Below are positions 26,628 through 43,159 of a DNA stretch of 64,000 bases, one piece after another (the stretch's first letter is position 1; the number at the start of each line of letters is the position of its first letter). The DNA comes from Basidiobolus meristosporus CBS 931.73 (taxonomy: Eukaryota; Fungi; Basidiobolomycota), in the NCBI GenBank assembly GCA_002104905.1, contig MCFE01000024.1, positions 1 to 64,000 on the forward strand, read 5' to 3'. Below the pieces are notes generated by a model, which saw only the letters and a list, made by a program, of their open reading frames with translations, made no database searches and was not told the DNA's origin. The position numbers and the translations under genes were made by a program.

Positions 26628-27208
26628 TTAGTCGTCTTGGAAGAACTGAGAATATGCTGTCCGTAGCATGTTTATAAAAGAAAGCAATTGTTCGCGAATC
26701 TCCTCTAACATATCAAGGGTTAGATTGAATCTCTGACCAAATAATCCAACAGTACCTTGTTTACGTTCTGATGACCGAATCTCTTCTAGTGCCATAGCAC
26801 ACCCCTCGTTCAAACCTCTCATCTGATTATCCAGATGTAAGGCCAGTAGTGAAAATACTTCATTCATACTTCCGCTCATTTCTTCTACCAAATCTATAAT
26901 TGGGTACGATAAATATGTTTTTACTTGCATATAGCAACTATCCAAATGATAACTATAATAGTACCTTCAAATTCTTTTTGTATCTTTCTGATGTGCTGGT
27001 CAACTTTTTGGTAAATTTCACTTTCATCGTAAGGTACCAGCCTAGTTAGATCCAGGTTCTCACTTCCTCTTATAGGACTCTCGTAGTGCTTTGCCTCTGG
27101 GATTTGTGCACTTCCTGCATTTGGTGCTGAGATGAGCTGCTGAGATTGAGCCGGTGATTTACTCTTTTCTGGTTTTACATGTATCTCTGTTGTTTGTAGG
27201 TCTGGCAT
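26628..27208 (-). CDS. Hypothetical coiled-coil protein, 3 exons (introns 26894-26964, 26705-26755)
   Basis: Two GTACT..AG introns splice in frame to give ...KIQKEFEDLVEEMSGSMNEVF...RKQEEIREQLLSFINMLRTAYSQFFQDD*. Confidence 0.7.
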
Positions 27209-30150
27209 TGACCGATCTTGTGATAGTTGTAGAAAAAGAAGTTAATTGAGACCGGGCGTATATTTTTCATTTTAAACTAATTCCTTTTGGGTATATGCGG
27301 AAAAAATGATCCAAGTGCTGAGTATATGCGCGTGTAAAAATTCTCCCAGGACATTCAGATGACGCTTCATAGGTATTAATCTATTACGCTGGTAAGCACT
27401 TTCTGGCTAAGTGGATAGGTGCGAATGGGGTGCTCTCCATCAGTAGCTTGGGCGTTGACAAATCGTTTCGATTACTCAATATAGATGTGCTGTCCTAAAA
27501 GAAATCAGGTCAAAAGGCTCTTAGGCTGCAGTAAGCGATGGCCTTTCAAGGATCGACCCGGCTATAACCAAAAACTTGCTACTCTGTTGCGTTCTATTTT
27601 GTTAGAATTCACTGCTTTTGTACATGAGATAGTTTAAGGCACCTCAGTGGTGCGAGCTGCAACAATGATGGACCAAAGGTCACAATTCGAAGGGTAGGCC
27701 AGATTTGTAAAGGCATTTTATTACACTCGGATTCAGTTTTCTACATTAGAAAGTCTCGCGCAAAAAGTTCATTGTTATCAGTTCCTTCTTCCCCTTTGTT
27801 TTATGAAGATTCGAATCGATCTACTCGATCATACATTATGTGTCCGCTAACTGGCATGTCTTCAATTAACAAAGCATCTCAATTTTGGCTGGTTTATTTG
27901 CGCCCTTACCATGCAAAGGTGGATGCAATTACAATACACTGTAATCACTCGTTACTGCCGGTAATCTGCTTTGTGCTGATAATAACAAGACACTAACTGT
28001 TTCGATGATGACACTTCCTGATAGTGTCCATCCCGAACCTGTAGAGTGCAAATATTCTTCATCTTGTAGACAAGTTTCTAGCCTTTGGCATCTGGTAAGA
28101 TTTAAACAGGCAGTGGTGATAATCAATCTTCCTCGATATAGCAATTGTATACATACATAAACCCCTCAAGAGTGAAACTTGGCGTATATAGCAGTGGATG
28201 TTTCGCCCAATGGCGGATCAATTTGGGAATCTCCACTATTATAAAGTTGTCTTCAACGAGGTCAGTGTAAAGCCTTTGGATTTCATGCTAAAGTCTGCAC
28301 ATTCCCAATCAACTTATCAAAATCCTTACGATTCAGCCATCCATTATATACTTTGGAATGTGCACACATTAACGCACTCCTAATGATGCAGACTTTAATT
28401 CATTTAGTGCTCAGTATAACATGCCCATTCATAATCGAATAGTAACATGCAGTGGAATTCATACCCACCCTAGGAATTCCCATGCGTAATAGAACATCAG
28501 TGCTTTATCTAGTCCAACCCTATAGGAGAAATAGTTGCTAAGCCACCATGATCCCAAATTAAATCAAGTTTATCAATACCCATTTTAGTATTTAGCCAGC
28601 TTGTTGGCAAAGCCTGTTTGATGGACAGATCCGGCTTTGAGAGGGTGGCCATGTCTATCATTCAACAAGAGCTATAATCATGCTCGTAAGGGCAATGATT
28701 TATGATGTTTGCTTCCGTGCAAAAGCAGGTCTCTAATGCTAAAGATTTCAAATCCACCAAGAGCAACCATAGCGGCTGGCTATAGTCTGTCTCGAAAGGC
28801 ATAAGGAGACGCAACTATTTTGTGGATTGATCAGCCAGATGATCATGATTCAAATCCACTGATGAAACACTCTTGTTACATATGTAATTACACCATTGTG
28901 TGGGATGGCGAAATGCTCTATTTCTGGTGAGTGGTATGTTATACTCCTTTGCCTCATCAGTCAATTCACAATCCCTGTCAAAATCGATGCCCATAACTAC
29001 AGGTTGAAGCTACGTACCAGCAATGCGGGAAAGCCAGTTAAGTCCCATATTTACCTGGATTCAACTATTTTAAATGGATGGGGTTGTAATAGCGGGATTA
29101 TTACTGGTTCACTTAGAAGCATATACTCACACCCGGCGGCACATGAATAATACATGTGACAGCGAGTGATATTGATGATAGTGATGGAATGGACACTAAG
29201 CGATAGATAAGAACGGGACTCTCGGGTTGGGGTGATCTTGAGATTCAATCTGGATCCATGGGTGCAAGCCTCCTAGAAATGGCTTAAACAATGAGCATGC
29301 TCTCATCTCATCATCAAATGGCCCATTTCAAATGTCTCAGAAATGTATCGAATCCTATCCATGAGTTTTTGCAGTCATGTATTGACCGACTAGCTTCAAC
29401 AATGAGGCCAGGTCTTATCTAGGCAACAGGTGGCTGAGTGGATGCTAGCATATGGTACGGAAGGGAGATCACTTATCTCAATGATCACGATATCACTATT
29501 TATCCAAAAGAGGCCACAAAGTGCATATAGTTGCAACAGGCAGATGAAACATCCATGTATGCCCTCTGCTCTGGACAAATCATCCACTTGATCTGGATCT
29601 TTCGCACAGGAACCCTCAGCTTCAGTTCCGTATCGATGACTCCATGTATTCTCCCTCCTGTCAAATCAAATGTGTAATTAGAATGCAAAAGTTTAAATTT
29701 AGCACAGTCAAGCCATCATTGCCACAAGCACTGCTTTCCGTCGGAATAATAATCATTGCTTGATCTGCATTTTTGTTTGAGGGTTTATTGAGATAGAATA
29801 CGCACAATTCATTGAATTGGGTTTATTTGTCTAGATCCTACAAGATTCCAATTGATTTTACTTCAAGAGATCACTAGTAAGGGGAGAGCATCAGTACAAG
29901 ATTCATGTCACATTAGAGGACCCGTCCTCCAGTTTGTCACTCACTCTTTGTTTAGCATTCTGCCATCATTTTGAGGTTATTTCTTCCTATTTCTTCTCTT
30001 CCTCAACTCTCCCCCCATACCCGTCATACACTCTAATATCTCTTCAATACTCAGGAGAGGATTGGATACACAACTCTGAGTACTGTTTGCAACTCGAAAA
30101 GTGCCACCGCTATACCTTGACGTTATTGAAAGCCTATCTTAGTTGTAAAT

Positions 30151-30528
30151 ATGCAAAAACCTACCTCTCATATTTTGTCTGCGTTTTTCAACACTTCCCG
30201 GACATCCCTACTGAAGCTTTCAATAGTCCCGCCCACTATCTTCTTAATACCCTTCGTCATAGCAGTATACTCCTTGTGTGTTGGCTTTGTGATTAGCGTA
30301 TTCTTTGCTAGCTACTTTCTGACTGGTTATGATCTGCTAGCCAGAATCTACAATGAAAATCTGAGCGATTACTCGACGCTTTGGAAAGAATGGATAAAAA
30401 GAAAAGGAGAAGAAAACGGGGTCGAGTTTGAAAAAGATATCCTAAACACTATATGGAGCCTGGCCTTACAATGCCTCCGAGTCGTGCGAGACTACATTCG
30501 TTCCGAGGAACCTGTCGCAAGCTCTTAG
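30151..30528 (+). CDS. Hypothetical membrane protein, 125 aa
   Basis: Single ORF with a long hydrophobic segment followed by a charged helical tail. Confidence 0.5.
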   Translation: MQKPTSHILSAFFNTSRTSLLKLSIVPPTIFLIPFVIAVYSLCVGFVISVFFASYFLTGYDLLARIYNENLSDYSTLWKEWIKRKGEENGVEFEKDILNTIWSLALQCLRVVRDYIRSEEPVASS

Positions 30529-30608
30529 CTATACCACTCTGCAAGAAGCCTATCCAAGTGGGTTGTAACTTTCATACTAGATGTTACAGCGTACAACTCA
30601 AAGATTTA

Positions 30609-31250
30609 CTACGGAATCAGTATTTCTTTTGTTTTCAGAATAATAACCGGACCTATCATTACTTCTCTATTGTTAGGTAGTTTGAAGCCGCTTGCTACCC
30701 CACCTATCTTTTCACTTCTCTCAAGCCCCTTGGCTTCTTTGGCATATATTCGATGGATTCTTTCATGTATAGTTAAAATTATCCAAAGGCCTTGGCTACT
30801 CCCATCAACCCTTAGTTCAACTTGAAAAGCTACAATTGTAGCTATTACCATGTTCAATGCCTCTGAGTGTCGAAAATATGTGGTAACCCACCATCATTTC
30901 TCTAGGAATTTTTTGTCCGCTACACATATGTTTCATCATCAGTCCTTTTGCATTCTTGAACTTTAAACCCAAAACCTCGAGTATATGTATACATATATAT
31001 AACAAATCAACTTGATTAAAACTTTAACTTGAGCATTCCAGTAGGCCGCATCTATTAGCTCTAGGCGAAAACTCCTACCAGGAGCACGTGAGAATCTGAA
31101 GGTGCCGTTTATTTGGAAACGACAAGCCACAACACTCAATCCAATTCGCGCATGGGCAAATCTGCTATGTTCATATGGACCCCAGTCAGTATATTCCAGT
31201 ATAACACCTGCCATCGCAATGATGAAAAGCCCAAAGGCTCATCAACTTAC
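30609..31250 (-). pseudogene. Possible degenerate cytochrome b561-like membrane protein fragment
   Basis: FGLFIIAMAGVIL...F.HARIGLSVV..FQ..G resembles a His-bearing b561 helix. The frame is broken by stops and frameshifts. Confidence 0.25.
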
Positions 31251-32735
31251 ATCTGAAGGCTTCTAGTTAAGTGATGCTCTGGACCCAGTAACAGTGTTGG
31301 TAAAGCAGATACTTATTTTTCTGGCAAAACAGATGCTAATCTCGATTAGTCAAAACAGATGCATTTGGTTCATACTTGTGTAACTATCAGATGAGTATTG
31401 AGAACTAGATTGGCTTCTTAAGGCCATTGACATTCAGGTATTGGGTGATCTATCTGTTACCTACGCAGTAAGCTCGATGAATGTGATGCGGAGTTACATT
31501 AATTGAAAAACCTGATTAATGACATATTAAATGATAAAAATACTGGAGAACACCAGTCACAGCTTTGTCTATTATTGATTATGTGCCCTCTACATTGAGC
31601 CTAGTATTTTGAAAGTGCAGTTGTGTCAAGGCTGTATACCTATGAAATTTTACCATTTGCCAAGTGCAGATACGCTTAGTGTATGCCTTTCAGAAACACA
31701 CATTGCATAGCGAATCAGTAAGTTGGTTGGTTGGCTGATTGCAATATCTATTTCTTTGTACGCTCAATCTCAATCCACCTACTACAATCAGAGGAGGGAA
31801 TTGTTCCTGAATCACTGCGGCGGAGACGCTTCAATCTTGTCTCCAGCATTTATAAATGGTGAATCTAAGCCGTTGTTAGAGCTACCGCCAAAGATCAAAA
31901 TCAGCTACTAATGAGGTAACAGAAAATTTTGTCTATACTTCACGTCACCCCATTAGTGGAGTAGATCCGGTAGTTTCGCATTGGCATCAAGGGCGATGTT
32001 TCCTTGAGTTGTGATGCTTAGAAAATAATGATATGGCCGTGCAGTAAGAATGTTGTTAGCCTGACCAAGTGGAGAGTTAATGCTTCAATAACCCTGCGCT
32101 GCTTTAATTGGTCTTTATACCAACCGCTTGAAATAAAAGTCGATGGATATATGTCAAGGCTGCTTATATTATCTGTGCAACCGTCTCAGGCTGCGTCAGC
32201 AACTAGGATTGTCGAATAAATATTAATGGTGGTTACTCAACAATCGCCAGCACGAAGATAGTAAGCTACCATTTCTAAATGGCCAAAAGAAATTTGAAAA
32301 ATATCGAGAATCGAGAAAGCACATCAAAACAAAGGAACATAGAGTTATTTTATCACAATGGGCACAAAATTTTCATTGATCTGTAAGCATTTTTGAACTA
32401 CATCAAATCATTGGTCGAACAGCAAGAAAACTTCTGGGCCTGTCCTCTCTATACACACTAAGGTTGTTTCTTGGTTGTTATTGTTTATTCCAACTCTCTA
32501 CTCTTTGGAAAAGACATCTCAAGATAGACTACCTCTTTTTGGGCTATTGTTTCTTTGCATCACCACATCACTTTTCCCTAAACAATATCCACTATTCGTG
32601 TAGCTAGTACCTAGTACGCCTGACGCCCTTCTTACAGTACCTGTTATTAACTTCATTGAGTAGAGCAAATATTCTCTCTATTTTGATCTTCAACGTAGCA
32701 ATCTTGTGTAAATCGAAAAGTTAATTCCTATCATT

Positions 32736-34026
<1,291 letters not shown>

Positions 34027-34405
34027 GAGCTTCCCGTATCTTATATTCTATCATACTTTTCCTATTACTTACTCCACCGTTACTTTTACCTGTACAAAAA
34101 AGAAGCAGAATCATTGACAACAAATGTACTTTTGTTTTCTCTTTACTTTCTTATAAACCATTCAGTAAAACTTTTGTTTTCCGGGTTAGCTTGACCGAAC
34201 GTTCTTTCTAAATTACTGTAAGAGGCAGAGGTTGCATCGATACTACTGGCACAAGCGACTCCATATCTGGCCCCTGCATGGTCAAACAATCGATGTGTTC
34301 CGAGCAATTTATTAAACACTATTTCGCTCCGCTATTATTAGCAGTTGTATAGGAGCTACCAAATGTGGATTGCTGCTTCTGGTCATAAAGGGGATTTGTA
34401 AGAGC

Positions 34406-35081
34406 TTAGATGAAACCAATCTTGTTGGCAACATCCAAGGCATCAACATCGGCGGTAAGACGAACGTAAGCCTTCTTTTGACCATCAGGGCGAATGAGAG
34501 TGTTGATTTTGGCGGCATCAACATCATAGAGACGCTTCACGGCATCGCGAATTTGGCGCTTGTTAGCGCGGACATCACACAAGAACACCAAAGTGTTGTT
34601 GTCCTCGATCTTCTTGATAGCAGTTTCAGTATTCAAAGGACTACGAACAACTTCGTATTGATCCATGCGAGGAGCACTAGGAACTGATTTGCGAGGATAA
34701 CGAGGGGCACGTGCAAGACGAAGAGTCTTGGGAAGACGGAAGGTGGTTGAGGTACGGACCTTGCGGAGGGCAGAGCCGTGGGTACCCTTTAGGGCAGCCT
34801 TCTTGGCAGCAAGTGCCTTGTTCTTCTCTGAAGCAACTAGAAATATCAAAAGAGTGTTAACTCATCTTGCACCTATGCTTTGTAGAATCAAGCGAGTGGT
34901 AGAGGGAATGATAGATTCGAATGGATGGGTCAAACTCAAAGCATCAATGGATGGATGGGTGAATTCATGGGATGGGACGTGGAGCATTCATATTTCACAA
35001 GGAGAATTTGCCTCCACCGATTATGAAGCATAACGTATGAGGGGATAACTTGTGCTTAGTACCTTTAGCTTTAGGGGCCAT
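34406..35081 (-). CDS. RPL25: 60S ribosomal protein uL23 (L25/L23a), 2 exons (intron 34837-35062)
   Basis: MAPKAK|[68 protein letters not shown]. Confidence 0.97.
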
Positions 35082-35474
35082 GTCTACTATGATGGATCGG
35101 AATGGGACGACCAAAATTTGGAAAGGAAGAGAGTTAGCCCATCTGCTACAAAATTTATTTTGTATCAATGCTGGGCATATCTATCGATTTCATTCGCTTT
35201 TGGTGGAAATGGGGAATCTGGGGATGGTCCCTGGAATCCCAACCTGCACCCTGATCATTTGGCGTTGTAATTTAATCTGTATATATTGATATACATGGTT
35301 TGCGGAATTGAGTGCAAGTTCGCTACTTTTAATGATAGTATTGATACATGTGCATGTTTCAAGGTGGCATGGTAGGTGGGAAAGAGCAAAGCGCTAAGAA
35401 TTACCAGTGGGTGGGTATATTTCGTACAGGTTCCAAGCATATGTTGTGGTGATTCTACATAGGTGCGTCAAGCT

Positions 35475-36726
<1,252 letters not shown>

Positions 36727-37536
36727 TTACTATATATATACAGAATTTTATGACTTGCTAGCTGAGCTTCCTATTCCATGTACATCACAACTAAGTAATT
36801 CATCAGTATTTTTTAGAGCTTAATAAGTATTAGAGCTAAATGGCTCAAGAATATTAGGCTATATATATATGAGAAGGTTATTTGTACGCCGAGGATTTCC
36901 TTCCCTGGCCTGGAGAGTGATCACTGACATGTGATACCAAGTGATGTGCCGTGTTTATTTTCGATTGGCCGATCCTGGTTACTTCGTGTTTCTTGGTATC
37001 CAAGGCGATCTCGTGTAGGCATGGTGTCTTTGAGGCCTGGATACACGACGTTCCTCAATAGACAGTTGTGCACAGACCGTGTAGAGTAGCACATGTTTGT
37101 AACGTCCTCTGAAGGATCAAGGAGTTATTGCGTACTACGGAGATGCATCTCCAGATCAGGCGATAGGTAAAACTAACAATACTAGTGCGCCGTACTATTC
37201 TTCACTTTCGACACCAGTGGCCTGTTGGAGGGAATGAAAGAATAAGCACCGAGCCTAGTTGCATGATGGCGTATTGGAGAATTTTACTGGGACAATAATG
37301 CGTTCATGCATGTTGCAAAATGTTTGCATCATTTATTCCTCCATTATCTTTCCTTACATATTCGATACATAATTTTGCGGTGTGACCTATTATATAGTCG
37401 ATTCAAGGACACATGTCCGTTTTATATTTCTATCCAAATTCCTTGGGCTCATCGAAGAGGCAACTCAAGAATTTAATTCAACTGGGACTCCACTGGCATC
37501 GCCCTCGCTAATCACCTGTATAAATCCTAGAACGTT

Positions 37537-38244
37537 ATGAAGGAGTTCCACTTTTACCTGCTCATAGCGCTTGTCCTTCGACCAAGTATGGCATTAGGCA
37601 TAGATCTTGATAGCCGTGAGTTACCTCCCCTGCCCGCTATTCTTCCTGGAAATCCCACTGGGTCGCCGCCAGGGACACCAACTGCAATCCCTTCGGTGCC
37701 AGCTGGATCACCGCCGCCAGACACGTCCCCAGCCATCGCGAGCCCGACACCACAGCAGACACCAGCCCCCGAGGATCCCCAACCCACCATAAGTAAAACT
37801 CCTGACCACGCGTCAGCTGGAAATCCCGTGCAACCGCCAGGCAACACCGGAGGCAATGGCAACAGCCCTAGGGTAACCCCCACCAAGCATACAAGCATCT
37901 TGACAATGACTGCGTCAAGTGCGGGCAAAATCCGCACCATCATCGCTACTGAAACACTCGAGGTGATGTCGGGGCAACCAGAAACCCAATTAAACACAAA
38001 CAATGTGCCAAGTTACGCAGGCAGTGGCGGAAACACCAACTCCGATTCCAAAAAGCCCTTGATCACTACGGCGATAGTACTCGGCTCCGTTCTGGTTGCG
38101 GGAGTTGGCATATGGATCTTCCGTAAATGGAAGGTGTCACCCTCGGCCGATTTTCAACAAAAGCTGGCTAACGTGGATTACTTCAAACCACCTGGACACC
38201 ACGACCGGAATACCGTGTTCCTCAGGGAGCTGAATGAGCCCTAG
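37537..38244 (+). CDS. Type-I single-pass membrane protein with Pro/Thr-rich ectodomain (Mid2/Skg6-like architecture)
   Basis: Signal peptide, P/T/S-rich region, transmembrane segment LITTAIVLGSVLVAGVGIWIF followed by RKWK, and a short cytoplasmic tail. Confidence 0.8.
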   Translation: MKEFHFYLLIALVLRPSMALGIDLDSRELPPLPAILPGNPTGSPPGTPTAIPSVPAGSPPPDTSPAIASPTPQQTPAPEDPQPTISKTPDHASAGNPVQPPGNTGGNGNSPRVTPTKHTSILTMTASSAGKIRTIIATETLEVMSGQPETQLNTNNVPSYAGSGGNTNSDSKKPLITTAIVLGSVLVAGVGIWIFRKWKVSPSADFQQKLANVDYFKPPGHHDRNTVFLRELNEP

Positions 38245-38810
38245 CTTACTACTAATCGTTTTGTTGCGCCTTACTGCAAGATAGCTCTGAATATATTGAC
38301 TCGCACCACTCGCTTGCCTGACACCAGTTTTCGAGGCAGCAACGTTGAAGTGTCTTGAAGCCCACCTCATTCCCCTTCTCTCCATAACCCCAAAATGTAC
38401 CCTTTTTGAAAGCCACTACATGAGCATGCCTGGGCCGCCAGGCGTTCTATTTATTTGATTATCACCTTTACACATACCCGAGCAAATATGTTTTCATTAA
38501 AAGGGCGAGATTGATGCTGGGTGACTTGATGTTCCGGTGCAGTATTTAGAGGGGATTTCACATAGAAATTGACGTCCAGGGAGGAATTTATAATTTATTC
38601 TGATAGTAGTGTTGAGGGAACATTGATCCTCTTGGCAAGCAAATTGCGAGAAGTGGGGCAATGGTAGTCATCGCCCCGATAGATCAGAATACCACAGTGT
38701 CGCTTTCTGGGGTTGGCAAATCGGAGACTTTCTCAACCTACAGGACAAAGGGACAAAAAGACCACAAAAATGGCTAGTTAGGTTCGTGCTCCACAGTTGA
38801 AACATTTGGA

Positions 38811-41143
38811 TTAGATGGTCACCTTGACATTGGTGGCAGATTTGGCACCCGCCTTCTTCTGTTGCTTTTGTCCTAGAGCCTGGGCATAGCTGACTGATGA
38901 GGCTGAGCCGTTAGCCTTTTGCTCGTTCGAGTCCACGGATGTGCTCTTTGTCGGCAAGAAGTCGTCATCTGAAGGGGCGTTGATTTCGCTGGTACCAAGC
39001 TTACATTGGGATTCCGGGGATTGGGGTTTGTCAAAAGCCTTCGGCCCCTGGCACGAATTTTGCTTCTTCTGGCCACTTGACGTGGCCAATGAGCTGGTTC
39101 AGCCGAATGTTAGTCACGAAGCGGAGGCCCATTAAGCTGGGAAATCAACGACCCTTACCCTGATGTCTCGGCGTCTCTGCCGCTACTCTCTTTTCCAGGC
39201 TCTGATTTCCTGTTTGCCGCTTTAAAGTCGCCTGGCCTCAGGCTCTTCACAATCTCGGATATCGCAATCGGTGAGCTGTACGGCTTGATGTCTACAGGGA
39301 AAATGAGCAAGCGGCCAATCCACAAATGGGGGTCCTGATACAAACCTTGTTGAGTCGGGGTGGCACTGCCGGATTTGGAGGGCAGGGGTGGGAAATGCTC
39401 TGAGCCTGGTTTGTGTTCAGGTTCCACTGCAAATGAGAGCGGTGTAAGCACTAGTCAAAAGGGATTTCTAAAAGAGGCACTTACTCTTCTCAGGTGAGTG
39501 GGGTATTTTCCCCTCTTGCAGCTTCTTTCTTTCTTGCTTGTCCTGCGGGTTGCTGCCTGGCATTCGAGGAAGGTGCTTTTTGGAAGGTCTCTTCGCCTGC
39601 TTACCGCGCTCTTGTTCGGTGTCGCTTTTGGGGGACTGAGAAGCCCGGTGTTTGTGGTCTGATTCGAATGAGCTAGTGGGCTCCGAAGATTGGTTGAGCT
39701 CCTGCGAATCCTTGAACCCTTTCTTCTGGTTCAGCTGTGTATGCTTGTAATCGTAATGGGGGCGATGATGGTAAATTGGATGGTTTTGATGATTATGATG
39801 CCGAGAATTGTGTGGATGCAATTGGTGATCTTGTTCAGTTCGGGGGTTTCGGTAATGGTTGGGCTCTATTGACAAGCAAAACATCATGAAATCCACCATC
39901 AATGTCCGAGTGTGATTGCGGGCTTACCTTTTCGAGACTCTCTTTTGCCATGTTGCTGGCCGGAATGCCTGGATGACTGGTCCGAGTGTTCATGTTGACG
40001 CGGCACGGTACCAGGGATGGGATATTTATCGTTGGGGTATTGTGTTTTGTAGTAATGGCCATATTTGTAAGAGCGGTAAGGGTTAGTGTCGGGGGCTAGA
40101 GAAGGCGTATTTGCCATGTAGCTGTGGGGATGATTGGGATTATTTGCTGAAGCGAAAGCAGCTGGAGGGATGGCCAGATTGGTGTCTGGCTTGTAGCTAT
40201 GAAGAGAGTTGCGTGAGCTATTCACTCAGAGCATGGGCAATATGGCAACGGGCGGACTTACAATCCTTTCAGGATGTTCTCGGACTTGATGCGACCGGCA
40301 ATGGGCTTTCCTTGGAATGTTCTTCCACGGATGAAGGTTAGCATGTTCAGAGTTTCTTCCTCCGTCCCAAATGTAACAAACCAGGTGTTCCCGAAATCGG
40401 GATTAGCGCTTCTTACCGCCGGATTTCCATCCCCAGAAAAGATCCCCTTGATTTCCTAATTGAACGAGGTAGTAATTATATACGGGGCCAATGGCATCTC
40501 ATCAAGATGGCAGAAATAAACCTCTTCAGAAACCTCCGGCGGGATATCTCGCAATACAATAGTATTCCTTTGGACTGTGAAATTAGGCTTGACTCTGGTT
40601 CCAGTGGGATCGACGGTTAACTGGGAGGACTCTTTGAGCACCTCCATAAGCAGGTCCATGTCGGTGGTCAGCGACTTGACCACCTCTAATTCGGCAACCA
40701 CCGATATCGGGACAAAGAGTTCAGAGTTCATCTGCGACACTACCAAGTGCAGTGAATACCCAAGAAGGTTGTCCGTTGCTACTTGACCTACATACCTAAA
40801 GATGCGTCGGAGGCCAGCTTTTCCCTGGTGAAGTATTCTTCCACCTGCTGCTTTAGAGTTTGTTGTAAACTTTGAGGTTCTAATGGGAGATGTGGATGAG
40901 TATGAAGTGCGATCAACTTTGGAGAGCTGAAAAGAAATTCACCGGCTTGTTCAATAGGCTGAGGTAGTTGAAAATCGTGAAGGATGAGTGGCTATTCTAG
41001 TAAATGCATTTCCATTGAAACAATACCTCTTTGCCCTTGTTAACAAGAACCGCTTCGCTGGGGTTCCTAGGCTGTTGCTGAGGGGTCGAGCTAGGTGGGG
41101 CAGACGTTTCTGCTCCGCCATTGGCTATTGTACCATTGCTCAT
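38811..41143 (-). CDS. La-related protein, LARP4-like (La motif + RRM + low-complexity tail), multi-exon
   Basis: LKQQVEEYFTREKLASDASLVSQMNSELFVPI (La motif), QRNTIVLRDIP..TWFVTF..FQGKPIAGRIKSE (RRM), EHFPPLP and SYAQAL. Includes a 16-nt exon near the 5' end. Confidence 0.85.
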
Positions 41144-43159
41144 GTTTTAGGGCAGTGAAAGGAAAATGCGCTGAGATATACGTGCTCAGGGAGGGAAGCT
41201 GGGCTGTAGGAAGTATGAAAGAGTGGGAAAAGCACCAGTATCTTTATAAGCTTTAGGAGCCTCAGAAAACCCAATGAAGCTGCAAGAGATAGGTAGCTTG
41301 GTTTGGAAAAGGAAAACCCAGTTGATCTAAGATGAATCTTGATTTAATGATACATTTGGCTAGTTATCACCGCCGCCGGACTCGCGAAACCGGCCAGTTC
41401 TCGATATTTACCAGGAGATATGATGGTGTATTTCGATTTCTCATCAATCGAGGAGACTACGGCCAATGATCATATCATACTCAGCGTCCCTGCTATATTT
41501 GGTAGGGATGATGAATATCACAACATCATGTAAACCTTATTCAATTGTATGTGTGTGGTTGATGGTGCTGGTGGATGGATAATGAATGTATCAATATGTA
41601 TCCAATGCTGGAAACGGATCCGAACAGCAACGCTGCTTGCCATTCAATCGAACTTGTATCAAGGGATGCGTGGTTTCTGTTGATGGGTGCCGGTGCGAAT
41701 TGGATCCTCGCGAACCCTCCGGAATACCAATTAATCAGTGCTGCAGTACTGAGCTAGGCTCTAGCCAAGGAAAGCCGATGCAAGTGGATTGATGCAAATG
41801 GCAAGGATCAATGGTGGGCGTACGGTCCATCATTCCCGATCAGCCAGCTACTACGCTGTGTCTATCCCATGCCCGAGTTGGCGCCCAGATGTTTGTTGCG
41901 GCTGCTCGCTGATGGTATGCAACATGATTGGGATTCCTTGAAATCCTGGCCTGTCACGTCGCTCCGCAATCGACTATTTCTCTCTCACGCAGGGCCATTC
42001 CAAATCAATCGCAATGCCGCCACGAAGACTGAGTAGCCGCGAGGCCGAGAGACCCCTAAGTGGCTGTAGGTTTGGGGTCATGAGCACCGTTGGATGAAAG
42101 AGAAATCACCTGAGTTGCCCTATCAGCCACTTGCTTGGCTAGTACATGGCTGCATGAACCCGCCTCTATACTCCGTACACAGGTCTTGCTGCCCTGCACG
42201 CTGTTTAGAACTTAGGCTCAGGCTCAGCATTTAGCCATGGTCACTGGGGCTTGGGTAGGCCAAGAGGGAAGGCTAGCCAAATGGGTGGGTGAATCATGAT
42301 TTCATGAATAATTATGGGAAGAATTCCCTGCAACATATGCTCAATAAACCACTTCGCTGTTGAGCCAAAAAGGACTATTCTCTTCTATATGACTAGATTC
42401 GATAAGGACGGTTTAAACTAATTGGGTGCGGAATTGACGATTTCAGGCTTCTCGCTGAGCTGGTGATTTCTGCACTTTAATCGAATCCTTAAAATTCATG
42501 ATTTGATGGGATTGTTTTGAAAAAGCTTGATCTATATATCAACCGCCATATCTCCGAACAATAGGGAGTATATGTGGAGTCACTTGGGCGGGATCAAAGG
42601 TGGATAAGGCCATATCAAATGCGACTGTACAACTTGATGCCCCTCTCCCCTAGTGAAGATTTCAAACTGGAATCTTATGCTAGCATTCCCACCTTACCAG
42701 TACGGGTTCAAGTTGGGATTCCGCCCCGCTCACCATCCAGATACCATATTGTCCATACCTTGTGAGACTGGGTCTCATACAATGCACATGAAAATTGCCG
42801 ATGAGGGTTCACATACTTGGTGTGGTGTTTTACTTAAATACAGCCCCTCACCCTCATCTATTGAAAGCTTAAAAAGCGCAGCAAATTGACTTGGGTGCCT
42901 GGAAATGATTTGTAGCATTAGGGTAGGGTGGTCTTCACTTGCTGCTCATCAGGCTACAATAAGGTATCAACCCATGTTGCAAAATATTGTAATTGGAAGT
43001 AATCAAATGTTCTGAGGATGGTTCCAGGAAGCTGTGTGTCAAGTTTGAGAATTTTGGGATTCTCAAGAGGTGTCTGGAACATAATATTTGAAAAGGTTGT
43101 CCAAAAGACCTTGTGACCTATGTCACTGGTCTTATGATCTTTTTAGGCAAAAGCACCAC

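Noticed and set aside
34370-34687. Antisense ORFs over RPL25, PP1, the Pro-rich membrane gene and DUF1748 (e.g. 37554-38003, 63589-63933)
   Set aside because: Shadow ORFs of real genes on the opposite strand.
41575-41900. Cys-rich short ORFs
   Set aside because: No start or signal peptide, interrupted by stops, and no family identifiable.
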